The translations under genes and the position numbers were made by a program. Under the pieces are notes generated by a model. The model had not been told where the DNA came from. It did not search any database and was given only the letters and a program-made list of their open reading frames with translations. Positions 38,535-50,646 of a stretch of DNA of 64,000 nt are shown here, piece after piece. Source of the DNA: Paraspadella gotoi (taxonomy: Eukaryota; Animalia; Chaetognatha); the NCBI GenBank assembly GCA_051294375.1, contig JBJCIZ010000744.1:500264-564263 (forward strand), read 5' to 3'. The stretch's first letter is position 1, and every line of letters starts with the position of its first letter.

Positions 38535-41500
38535 TCATTTCAAAGTTTGAAACTTGCACTGATTGGCGGAGTGCTTCGTCGTGCTCAGAACGCTCCCGGA
38601 ATCTTTGTGCAGAGTCAACCTTCCGTGACATCCGGGTACTTGGCACTTGAAGTGCAAGTAGGGCACTTTGACCGACTCGTTTTTTTGATGGTAATACTTG
38701 AATCCTTTCCACTCGCAAGTGTCGTAACCTGTTTCAATCCAAGCCAAAATTTAGATGCAAATATTTTCAGAGGGGAACAATTTTTCGTTTATTTCCGAAG
38801 ACTCTCCGAATCACATAATTTAAATATACTCGTTTTTAAATTACCCGAGTAGTTAACGACAAAATTTAAATCGGTTGGTCTACGTCATTTACAAACTATG
38901 TTTAAACAAACAAACAAACATGATTTAATGTAACTTCTCTCTTCTCTCACCCATGACGGAATTGTACTCGATGAGCGGCCTGTCCCTCTTCGCCTCCGCC
39001 CGATTCTTGTTCAGGCTCAACTTGTCGCCCGCAAATTCCACCACCTTGGGCGCGACCTTCCGCTTGGCGAAGACGGGAGACGCCCAGTCGAACTCGTCGA
39101 TGTTGTTGGCGAGCGTCACCGTCTCGCAGTTTATCTCGCTGCGAGAGGGGAAAAAGAATTGTTCAAATTGTAATAAACAAGATTGTCAAAATTGTATACG
39201 AAAGTCATTAAACTCGATATCGTCCTCGACCTGTCGGTCAATCTCGACGATCCGTCGTCGTCCGCGAGGGAGATGATCGGCACCAACGGTTTTGCTGTCG
39301 TTGTTGTTGTTGTTGTCTCCGCCGTTCCGGTCGAATCGGTCGCAGAGTCCTCCAAGTCGTTCCGGAGAAGGACGGTGGAGACGGCGGCCTCCGTCTCGGA
39401 AACGAAAGGAGAGACGACGTCGGCGGAGACGCTCGACTCTTTCGACGTCTTTCTCTCGACAACCGTCGATCTGGAGGAAGAGAAAAAAGAGGAAGCTCGA
39501 AATGAGAACCTCCACCCTTTTGTTTTTGTTGGCAGAGTGATTAACTATGGTTATTGGTTTACAATCGAGTGTTGTTTTTCCCAAGATATTTCCCTCCTTC
39601 ATGCACTAAACATTGTTTAGTAAACAAGTATTCTAGAAAAACGTTATCAAGAGATAAAATAAATAATCAAAACTGCTACAATATGCAAATGAAATTTTTA
39701 AATCTTAATTGAAATAAAAGAAGAGCATCACTCACCCTTTCTCCTCGGGCGCCCTCTTGGAATAAGTTCTTCTCTCCGCCGCCGTCGACGACGACGACGA
39801 CCTTTTCCGCTTCGCCGCCTCCTTCGTCTTCATCCTCTTCGCCCTCGAGGCGGCCCTCTTCTCCGCGATCGACTTGGAGGAGACCGACTTGAGGAAGGAG
39901 AGAGGCTTCCCGCCCGACAAGCGCGGCGGCGGAGGCTGCGGCTGCGCCTTCCGACGCCTCGGCACCGTCGGAGGCGGCGGCGCGGAGCTGGGCGGCGTCA
40001 CCGGCGACAGAGAGACGGGGATGGCGGGGAAGACGGAGGTGATGGATGAACCGGGGGAGACAGAGTTGGAGGCGACCGAGGGCGAGACGGTGGTGGAGGA
40101 GGCGGCGGGGGTGGAGACCACCTCGTAGGCGCCAGTGGCGCCGAGAACGCCGTCGGGGAGAGCGTCGACGGGAGAGGGTATGGGAAGGACCGTTTCGCCC
40201 ATGAAGGGGTCGCCGCCTTTTTGGAAGGGAAAATCAGGACGATATTAAAACGGTTTTAGGGCGACAACAACAAATCAGGACGATATTAAAACGGTTTTAG
40301 GGCGACAACAACAAATCAGGATGATATTAAAACGGTTTTGGGGTGACAACAACAAATCAGGATGATATTAAAACGGTTTTGGGGTGACAACAAATCAGGA
40401 CGATGTTAAAATGGTTTTTGGGGAGACAACAACAAATCAGGATGATATTAAAACGGTTTTGGGGTGACAACAACAAAAACGACGACGAAAATCGATTACG
40501 TCAGAACCCAGACTTTTAAAATGATTTACCAGACAAAATTGAGGCGATGGGGAAAATGGTGTGAGAAAGAGAGGTTCCGATCGAAGTCGCTTGACCGAAA
40601 GGCTGCGACGGCGCGAAGATCGGAGCCTGATCCGACGGCGCAGAAGTTTGGGGTGAATCGGAAGTGAATGAAGATAATTCAATCGGAAGAGAATGGGGAA
40701 GAGAAAGGGGTAGAGATTGGGGTAAAGGTTGGGGTGAAGATTGACAAAAAGAATGAGAAATGGATTGTGGAATTGATTGGGAAAGAGAATGAGGATTAGA
40801 ATGAGAAAGAGATTGAGAAAAAGATTGAGGAATAGAATGAGAAAGAGAATGAGGAATAGAATGAGAAAGAGAATGAGGATTAGAATGAGAAAGAGGATTA
40901 GAATGAGAAAGAGATTGAGGAATAGAATGAGAAAGAGATTGAGAATGAGGAATAGATAGAGAATGAGGATTAGAATGGGAAAGAGGAAGGGAATGAGAAA
41001 GAGGAATAGATTGAGAATGAGATTGTGCATTAGAAAGTGAAAGTGATTGCGGAATAGTTTGAGAAAAACCTTGTGAAAAAGAATGAGAAAGAGGTTGTGA
41101 AAAAACTTGTGGCAACGACTGAGAGATAGATTGAGGCAGGCCTTGTGAAACTGATTGGGTCGACGGCAAAATAGGTTGGGAAAAAGAATGTGGAATCGGG
41201 CATTTCGAAGAATTTCGAGATCGTTGCGTTTGCTGCAACTGCTGCGAAGGCTGAATGAGCTGCTTCTGCTCCATTTGCTGCAGAGACGGTGTTTTGGCGA
41301 TCAACGCGGAAACGTTCGTCGCCGTGAGGTTCGTGAGTTGAAGGGAAGACAACGTCTTCTGCAGCTGCAGCTGGTGAGAGAGAGACAGTTGCTGCGGCGG
41401 GAGACGTATTTGAACGGAGCCTGGCGGCAATGTAGAGAGAGGTCCTGAGGGAAGCGATAAGTTTTCGAGATTAAAATAATAATTTATTTTTAAATTTTTT

Positions 41501-43851
41501 TCTACTACTCAGGATTCACCGATGGAACCAAAAGGAGTAATCGGAAGCCGAAGGTTCCTGGCGCCAAGACCCTGCCCGATTTTTTCGGCATCGTTGGAGG
41601 AAACGGGGGCCATGGGGCCGTCGGGCGTCGTGATCGGCGCGGGCGATGGGGTCGGCATGGGGGGCTGAAGGGCCTGGTCAACGATCGGTGGCGGCGGAGT
41701 GAGACAATTGGCCATCTCGTCGGTGAGATCGCGAATCACCGGGTGATCGATACCGCGAACTAGGAATGGCGGTAAAAAGAAACATTATGGCAACAGCCGG
41801 GTTGCGCTGTGATGCCCATTGGGATGGGGCATCTCACTGTTGGCTTTGGGGGCTTCCGACCCTCAGTGACGCCTCCAGTCACTGGCGCGGTTACCCTAGG
41901 ACGGTCTCGCTTTGCCACACAGAGGGGAAGTCGTTAGGACTGTGGATGGAACACTAGCCTGGGATGGTGTGTTCCCCTCTGAGCCAATGGATTTGGCTGA
42001 CTGATGGTGGACGTGAGGCGGTGTGAATATACCGCCACAACGTTATGGCCGGTAATTTTTGTCTTAGATCCAATTTTAATAATATCCCAATGGATTTTTC
42101 TTCCCCAAGGCCGTCACGCCACCCCCCCCCCAAATCTCTCACCTCCCCCCTCTTCCTCATTATCGCCGAGTTGAACGGATCGAATATCGACGATCGTGTT
42201 TTCGTCGTCGTCGTCGTCGTCGCCTCCTTGCTTCCGAGTTCAGATCGAGTCGAGGCCCGTCGTCACGACTTGCCACGTTCAGACTTGCCACGTTCAGATC
42301 GAGTCGAGGCCCGTCGTCACGACTTGCCACGTCATCGGCGCCACGGTCGCCACCCTCATCGTCACGCGATCGTCTCGTCGTCTTTCCACTTCCTCGTCGC
42401 ATCTTTCTCTCTTCTTTCTCTTCTTCCTCTTCCTCTCCTTCCTCCTTTTCTCCTCCATCGATTTTCCCGCTCTTCCTCTTCCTCAGCACGATCCTCAACG
42501 GGCGGCGTTCCACTTTGCGGCGCGCCCTCTTCACCGGCGTCACGCAACACGGCTTCTTGAGACGGAGGCTCTTGCGGAATCTTCGGTGGCCTTCGGTGCC
42601 GACGTCGAGGTCCGCTTCTTCTTCCGCGGGCGGAGCCGGCGCCGCGGCCTCCGAAGATTCGGGGTCAGCTGTCAAAGGAGACGCGGCGTCGTTGGTCGAA
42701 CTCGCCGGTGGAGCGACGGGGCTTTCGGCGTCGGATAGAGGCTCGTCCTTGACGGCGACGACAGTTTCCAAGACGACGGGGTGAACGCCTTTGAGTAAAG
42801 GAAGGAACTATCTGAACATTACAATTCACATTTTACTAACAAACATATTAAGCAACTGCAACCTTTAGCGAGCGCGGATTTCTTAGTCAACGGGCTGCGA
42901 AGGGCGAGTCGCTTGGGAGGCGTGGCCGAGGTGCATAGGGTGAGTCGCTTCCGGAGGAGCGAGGGAGACGCTGGTGGAGAAGGGAGGACCAGGTTGGAGA
43001 TTCTCGACGAATCCGGTGGATCCGAATCGGGGGGAATTTCCTGAAGGATTAGTCGTGTCTAGTTTCAATGACGAATTAAAATCTGGGATTTCCTATTGAC
43101 AATTGGTACTGGGTCGTCTCGTATCATTGACGCATACAATTTAAAGGCGACTTGGGAGAAATGGATCATACAAAATCCCTCCCTTCTGCAACGTTGATTT
43201 TTTTAAAAATTAAAAAAAATTGATTTTTCTTCCATGAAATTTGCAGTCTCTTGTAACGTGCGTAAGTCGGTTTTAGTAAGTTTGTTTTATAACATTAAAA
43301 AATTGATAATGCCTTTCTCAAATTCAAGCTAAGCTATATTTACTTTGTAGGATTCATGTTTGATGTTATGATATTAAAATCACTTCCATTACACAATACA
43401 CAGCATACCATACCCCGTCTCTAATTCAGAGGGATAGTTAAAACGGAATCCAAAATGAAATCGCTCCGCCGACAGGAAAGGAAGAAAAAGACTCTCGGGG
43501 GTCGAGACTCTCGTCACTCACGGGTTTCTTGGCCGGCGACACGAAGCTGGTCATGGCGTCGTCGAGATCGACGCCGCATTGGCGCCTCACCACCCTGGCG
43601 CCCTCTTCGAGCGTCCACTCGACGTCGTCGGGCGTGGGGCCGAGGCTGCCGTCGAGGAAGGCCTCGCGAAACCCGCGCCGACCCATCCAGCTCCGTCGGC
43701 CGGCGTCCTCGACGATGAGGAAGATGTCGGAGTCGGTGAGCGAAGAGAGTTTGAGGACGACCTCGAGCAGGATGCCCGCGATGGTGGACTCGATGTGCTG
43801 GAGTTGAGTCACGAGGGAAGAGATCGAGGACGATGACAACCAAGACGCCAT
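38535..43851 (-). CDS. Putative transcription factor: divergent MADS-like N-terminus, long low-complexity middle (S/H/Q repeats), C-terminal FLYWCH/WRKY-GCM1-type zinc finger
   Basis: Chain of GC-rich minus-strand exons (43851-~43474, ~43040-42863, ~42789-42142, ~41760-41512, ~41444-40516, ~40218-39736, ~39470-39220, ~39138-38950, ~38810-38535). N-terminal LKLSSLTDSDIFLIVE; C-terminal WKGFKY..FKCQVPGCHGRL..H..C. Exact exon joining is uncertain. Confidence 0.55.
40231..40475. repeat. Intronic minisatellite, ~40-bp unit aaatcaggaYgatattaaaacggttttRgggYgacaacaac x6
   Basis: Six near-identical tandem copies. Confidence 0.95.
41786..42039 (-). mobile_element. Solo-LTR-like element 3 (hairpin-rich 5' module plus twister-like ribozyme), intronic
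   Basis: Inverted termini tatggc/gccaca (TG...TA on the minus strand); flanks acat (41782-41785) and acgt (42040-42043) differ by one base. Confidence 0.65.
41837..41922 (-). ncRNA. Circularly permuted twister-like ribozyme
   Basis: ctgtgtggc-aaa-gcga-GA-CCGU-cctaggg-UAA-ccgc-GCC-agtgac..gtcact-g-aggg-UCGG-AAGC-cccc-aaa-gccaacag. T1 is UCGG/CCGU, covarying with copies 1 and 2. Predicted cut between 41893 and 41892. Confidence 0.7.
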
Positions 43852-46552
43852 TTTTTTTTCTTAGCTTGGTCTTAGTTATCTTTGTTATTAGTTTGGGTTT
43901 TTTTGTTTGTTTTTTTTAAATCTCCACTTACCTAGAGGGATGATAAAAATCGTTTCATTTAAATAAACCGAGTCGAAAATGACTCCGAAACTAGGTTTTT
44001 ACGTCAAATGCACCAAGATGTCGAGTTTAATTTTAATCAGCGAACTAAAGTTTAGTTTTTCGACAAAGCTAGCTAAATTTATGAATCCTCTACCTCGAAG
44101 TTTTTTTGATAAAATGAAAAAAAAATAACTGTGGAAGTTGAAAAGACTAACCTTTTTTTTATTTTGGTGAAATTTGATTAACAACACAAGGTTCATGCAT
44201 TTGATCTTTATTGACCACAAAATAAAAAGAAAAACTAAATTTAATAAATAATTTAAAGACTAGAACAAAAACAATTTTAAAAATGTTAAACGAAAGAGCG
44301 ATCGTAAATATGGATTTCACTGTATTCTTCTTTTAACCTCCAAAAGAGAGATTAAAATGACGGAAAAAAAAAAACCATAATAAAATGAAACGAACAAACA
44401 AAACTTGTTAAAGTCTTTTATTTATCTTTTAACGAACAAAAAAAATTTTATTTGATTGAAAAATATGGATATGTTGAAACAATCCTCGCTTGACGCTTTC
44501 GACTACGTATCGAATCTTACTGGATTTCGCGGTCACAGAAATCAAACGATAATAATTATAATTATTTGCAAGTAATGATAAAAACAAGGGCCGGCTCATC
44601 GTTCGGAGATAATGAGTAAAAAGAAAACGTGAAAGATATGATAGATATATCTCGAATGTGTAATGCCATCGAAAAAGAAAGGGGGGGGGAACGGAAGGAC
44701 TGATTTAAGAAAATTTGGCGAGTCTCCGTTTCGTTTTTGGGAAGGGGGGCGGAACTAAAAGAAAAAAAATCCGACTAGCGGCTAAAAGAGAGAGAGAGAG
44801 AGAGAGAGAGGAGAAAGAGAGAGAAGAGAGACGTTAAGTAGGAAAAAATCTTGGAAAAAGGTTGGCTACGATCACACGTTAAGCGGTGTAATAAAAAAAA
44901 GCATATCGCTTTGTAGATCGAGGACTAAAACATTCGACTAATGCATATATTATCATTGATATACCATGTAAGACTAAGGATTATACCATTTAAAAAAATT
45001 CTTTTTTTTTGTTATTATCTCGATGCCAGTAAGATTCTCGACTTTATTAAGTAAGGCGTGGTATGATTGAAAGAAAACTAAAAAAAAAAGTTAAACAGAG
45101 GAGGATTCATACATATATATAATTATATATCAATGAACGCCGATGGAAACTTTCATTCGCTCAAGTCAACCGTGAAGGGAAAGGAAAACCCAATCCAGTT
45201 TTTAACGGAGCAAGAAAAAAAAATGGAAACGGATCGAAGACATGCGACCAAAGGTCAAATGTTAATAATAATAATAATAAGAAAAGGATGAAATGTCCGA
45301 AGAATTAAATCGGGACTGCGTTCTTTAAAGAATAGGGGTAAACCAAAACGAGAAATTATATATGGTGAGAATCACATATGATTGAATGGCAATTGCAAGG
45401 CGGACCGGCCGGACACGTCCATTTGAAACGGACCGGGCCAGAGTAATTTGAACTCGGATGCGAACCACCGCCCAGCGTTTCCGTCTCTTGGAAAAACTAG
45501 ACGAGAACGAGTCTTGGAACAAAACCCCCCCTCCCAAAAAAAAAAAAAAAAAAGCAAAAGCGAGAAAATTCTTTAAAAAAAAGGGGAAACAGGAAAAATA
45601 AATATTGCAAAAATATTGCACTATATTCTTCGTAACTTCGAAGAATCGTAAAAATCAAATCCAGAATAATTCGCACGAAGCGACAATTTAGTCAACAGTC
45701 AGTCCCTACCATTTTTTATCTAAATAAATTTCGATCGCTCGGGCTTTTTCTGTTCTGTCTCTCTTGCATAAAACGTAAAACGAAAATAAACAAAATTCTG
45801 CTTTGATAATCATCCATCAGGACCAAAAAAAAGAACAATTATCCGGATATCGCTATTAAAAAAAATCGATTGGTCGTTTCGTAAATTATTTATCCTTTAA
45901 TTTTTTTTCGCACACGATATGCATATAATAATATACTGCTATACATCCTGCCACGTACGATCAATAAATACAATGTTTTTATGATTAAAACCTAAGTTCG
46001 GAAGTTAAAAAAAAGAGGCTACGCGCGCTTGAAAATTAAAAGGAAAAAACGATTCATAAATGGGTTCTAAAGCTGAAAATATCTAGTCAAAGAAATGATA
46101 TTAATTTTTTTAGAATTACGCCAGGTGTACAAGTAATTATTATTGAGACTATAGCTAATTATAATAGTCCCGAGTCGGCCGGAGACTTAGTTTTTCCGTT
46201 TTTGTTTTGTTTGTTTGTTTACGTTGTGCGAACAAAAAAAAGATTATAGTCTAAGTAGGAAAAGTATGACTCGTTCGTCAAATATATATATACGATACAT
46301 ACATATTACATAAAAATATCCATTAACCCAGCGTCGACGTGGAGCCACTGAAATTTTTTTTGTTTTCTGTTTGTTTGTTTGTTTAAACGGGGGAGAGGGA
46401 AGGGAAAAGGAAAAAAGTAACAAGAAGATAATGCGGACAAAAAATAAAAATAAACAGTGATAATTAATTATGGTGATTTGTGTATTTTTTGTGTGATTTT
46501 TTCGGCTGCTTTTTTTTTAAGTGCATGTCGTCTTAGTCTAGCAATCGATGAA

Positions 46553-46604
46553 GAACGAACGAACGAACGAACGAACGAACGAACGAACGAACGAACGAAC
46601 GAAC
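46553..46604. repeat. (GAAC)n microsatellite
   Basis: Direct reading. Confidence 0.95.
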
Positions 46605-46867
46605 AGAAGGCGTCGGGATTATCTTCGTCAAAGTCGGTGAGACCGAGCCATGCCTCCGGTCACATGTAGCGGATTTATTTTTTTTTTGTTATCAATAAAT
46701 GAGTATTTTTAAATGTTTCACTGTTCCGATAAGAAGGGAAGCGGGGAGAAAATGTAGCGGTTCGAATGGGGGAGGGGATATCATATCTCCTCAACACTTT
46801 TATTCTTATTTTTCGTTGGGTTTTAGGGTTTTGGTTTTTTCAAGTTTTTTTTTCTCCGGAAGAAGCA

Positions 46868-47190
46868 AAGGAAGAGAGAGAGAGAGAGAGAGAGAGAGAT
46901 ATTGGCCGAGGAAGACGCCGCCCTCCTTCCGTCTTTCCGGGTTGTGTCACGCCCATATTTCCGGGTTGTGTCACGCCCATATTTCCGGGTCGTGTCACGC
47001 CCATATTTTGAGAGTGAAGTCCCAGGAAGAGAGAGAGAGAGAGAGAGACACAGAGAGAGATTGTACGAGGAAGACGCCGCCCTCTTTCCACGTCTTTCCG
47101 GGTCGTGTCACGCCCATATCTTTCGGGTCGTGTCACGCCCATATTTCCGGGTCGTGTCACGCCCATATTTTGAGAGTGAAGTCCCAGGAA
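46868..47190. repeat. Tandem duplications of the GNB5 stop-codon region (22-bp unit nested in a ~180-bp unit)
   Basis: ccgggtYgtgtcacgcccatattt x6; gagagtgaagtcccaggaa and the (GA)n-gaggaagacgccgccctc block each occur twice. Confidence 0.85.
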
Positions 47191-50100
47191 CAGGTGCAGA
47201 GGGCGGTGCCGTCGGGGGAAACGCGAAGGAAGGACACCCGATTGTCGTGACCGTAGAGGGTGTTCGTTCGAGTGCCTGTCAGGGGATGGCGGTGATTTAT
47301 TTTGGAAAATTGGATGACTAATTTTGACCACCTGACTGACCTTCTCAAAATCGGACTTACCTTTGAGGGTATCCCAGGCATTGACGGTGTAATCATTGTA
47401 GCCGGAGAAGAGGAGGCGCCCCGACAGGGAAAAATCCACCGAGGTGCAGCCAAAGAGGATGTGAGGCTTTTCGTACACCATCACCTGGTGGAAATAAATA
47501 TTATTTCACCGTAAAACCTATTTGAATTATCTGTAATCCACTTTTTCGACATTAAATTTACAATATAACCACTTCTTGACCGCCTCCACTGTACGAATGA
47601 GTTAGAAAAATTCAATCCTTTCATACGATTGAAACATTCTTTGAGATATTATACTACTTCATTGATATACTCTTAGAGTGAATAAACGAGACTGTGAGGG
47701 AGTCTTGATGGAAAGCTTGATGGAACCTGCAATGTCATTCTTGTAAGAGCGATGGAGGCATTAAACTACCAAAGCCTGTCGAAAGTCAGGGACAAGATAG
47801 CTTATTTATTAAATGAGTGGATAATTTTTATATTGGTTTTGGAAAAATAAAATATACTCAGCAACACAATTGGGCTAAAAAGGGCGGCAAGAGGGACTGC
47901 GTAATGCTTTTATTAACCCGCAAATAATTTTAAAAAGTCAAAAATTTAATTTAATTTAATTGAATTACTTCGCGGTCGGCACGAAGGTCGAAGAGTCGGC
48001 AGGTGGCGTCGTCGGAGCCGGTGGCGACGGCCTCTCCGCTCGGATGAAATCGGACGGAATTGATGTCGGCGGAGTGCGCCTCGAAACTCTGGACGGCCCG
48101 CCCGGTCCGCATGTCCCAGACCAGGGTCTGCTTGTCGCAGGAGGCCGAAGCGAACACGTTGTCACTTTCTGTTAAGGAAAAAATGATTATAACGATAACG
48201 AGATGAGAACGATGATTACGATGATAGAATATTCATCCTGACGAGCATCAGACCGACCGACCTGGAGATATATGAAGACTCATGATGTCGCCCGTGTGGC
48301 CGCTGAAGCCCTGAATCATTTGACTAGATTCAACGTCCCACAGAGCGCAAATCGAGTCTCCACCGCCCGTCAGGAGTTGTTGATCTGAACCGACGATCAA
48401 AAAACAACGGACTTCAATCCTTTCTTTATTCTTCCATTTGACGCATTTCTCGGAAATCGAGAGAATACATACGAACCGGATTTCAAGAAGGCGCAGCACG
48501 ACATGTAGGAAGTGTGGGTGGCGACGGTGTTCTTCTTGGAGGCGACGTCGACGTCCAAGGACAGCGGATAGACGGTGCATTTGTTGTCCAGTCCGCCGCA
48601 GGCGACAGCGTTCCCTGGAGACGTGAGTAAAATAGGGCATTGAGTTATTTAATCTCATTTGCATATTGCAGCAGTTCAGATTTTTTTCTTATATCTTTTG
48701 ATCGGTTTTTGTAGAAGCTTTATTTTACTATTTTACGCATACTTTTATTAAGGTTTAATAACGATTTGGTTTTCCAAATTATATTTAGATATTTCATCGT
48801 AGTATTTTTCGCCTAACCTGAGGGCGCGTATGCACAAGCCATGACCCACGTGGTCGGCATCGAGACAGCATGCTCTTTATTCGTTGTAAATCCATCCCAA
48901 ACAATCATTTTACCATCCTGGAAAGGGGACATGAAGAGAAAGGACGATATTTTAACATTCAAGATATTTATTGGAGACGGATTCGCGTGGACGCCGATGG
49001 ACTCGCTATGAACATTTATAAACTCATTTTAGTTATTAATCTGTTTCCCTTTATTAAAAGCTTGAGGGGTATTGAAGGCGTGAAGAAATAAGAGGGAAAA
49101 TAATGGTATATTTCGCGAAGAGTAGAAACGAGAGAATGTATCGCTAGACAAAATATACTAAGGGGGAAAGAAGAAGAAGAGGAAGAGGAGAATTGGACGG
49201 CAGGATAAATCCTCCTCTGGAAAGAGTATCATGCTATAATTAATAAATGTTATGTGTCAGAATACATGATTCTTGGTTCGCGTCTCCCCCATACATATTG
49301 TGCGCCTTTGTATCTCTCTCAGATCCATACAATAAGATTCTAGCATTTGTCAGCAGCGCCGTTCGCTTGAAGCCGTGATTGGTGGGCGCCGTTATTCCAG
49401 CTCCCCCTCGACGTGGGCCATCTTCGCCCACTGGTGATTTACATAAAATCTCCAACAGTGGTGCATCAGCCAAAAATCGAACCCAGGGCGCTCGCGTGGC
49501 AGGCGAGCATTCTACCACTGAACCACCGATCTTCCCGGATGATGCACCACTGTTGAAGATTTTATGTTAATCGCCAATGGGTAAAAGTGGCTCACGTCGA
49601 GGGGGAGCTGGAACGCATCGGGATCTCCAACGGCGCCCACCAATCTGGGCTGCGAGCGGACGGCGCTGCCGACAGATGCTAGAGTCTTATTGTATGGATC
49701 TGAGAGAGATACACAGGTGCACAATATGAATGGGGGAGACGCGAACCAAGAACCATGCATTCTGACACGTATCATTTATTAATTACAGCACGATATTTTT
49801 CACTAAAGGGAAACAGATTAATAAATGATAATTAAGCAACGGCAATCAAAATCAAAATCTCCTCCAACATATTTTGACAGACATAGAATCTAAACGAGAG
49901 TGGAATCTACCATCACCTGTGAGGATGAGACCACATGTCTTTTGTCCTTGACGCACCAGTCCATGCAGAGGACTTTGCCGAGATGGCCCTTGAGGACTCT
50001 CCGGATTTTGATGCCCATCAGAGGCAGAGAGTCGAGGCGCTCGGCGACGGCGATTAGCGACGCGTCGTCCAGTTTAGTCTTTTCCTGGAAATATGATGTT

Positions 50101-50646
50101 AGAGTGATATATTTCGTGGATAACTTGCTCCTGCTCCTTAGTTTTACGACATTTTTATACAAAATCAACAAAAACGTGAGATCCTCGGATCTTAAAACAT
50201 TCTGACCTCCTTCAACTTCATCTTGAGTTTCTCGGCCTCTCTCCTCAACTCCTCGATGGAGTTCTCCAGGTTGGCCGTAGAGGCGGCGCCGCCGCCGCAG
50301 GCGCTTGGAGGTTTTTTCGCCTCGCCCGCCGCCGACCCGTTTTTTTCTGAGAAAGTGACGGTGGGGATTGTATTAATATCTCTCCACCCCAAAATACAAC
50401 ACCCCAAAAGACACCAGCCCAGACACCTCCGTTGGCGGAATTTTGTGCGTCGGGACTCTTGGCCGCGGGCGAAGCGGTGGAAGTGCGGTCGTCGTGATCG
50501 CCGTCGACGTGAACATCGACGGTCTCCCGGTCGCCGACATGTTTGCTCTTCGGCCTGACGACGGCCGGGTCGACGACGGCGTTGACGACGACGACCGGGT
50601 TGGAGGCAGTGGTGACCGGCGCGAGCGACGTCTCCGCGTCCGCCAT
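47157..50646 (-). CDS. GNB5: G protein beta subunit 5 (multi-exon, WD40)
   Basis: [26 protein letters not shown]|[86 protein letters not shown]. Confidence 0.93.
47678..47812. repeat. Interspersed repeat fragment, second copy at ~59254-59392
   Basis: Both share ataaacgag.actgtgag.gagtctt..gaaagcttg..cttgtaagag..taaac.accaaag..caagat.agc. Confidence 0.7.
49033..49824. mobile_element. Foldback palindrome in a GNB5 intron: diverged ~240-bp arms (49226-49467 / 49541-49796) plus outer 21-bp inverted repeats
   Basis: Arms are reverse complements differing mostly by transitions and one ~17-bp indel; outer repeat ttattaatctgtttcccttta (49033-49053 / 49804-49824). Confidence 0.85.
49459..49530 (-). 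pseudogene. tRNA-Gly(GCC) retro-copy with encoded 3' CCA
   Basis: atcggtggttcagtggtagaatgctcgcctGCCacgcgagcgccctgggttcgatttttggctgatgcaCCA closely follows the metazoan tRNA-Gly(GCC) sequence; first 2 nt are missing and the T-stem has decayed. Confidence 0.85.

Noticed and set aside
49459-49530. Functional tRNA-Gly gene
   Set aside because: 5' end truncated, T-stem decayed, CCA encoded, embedded in a palindrome.
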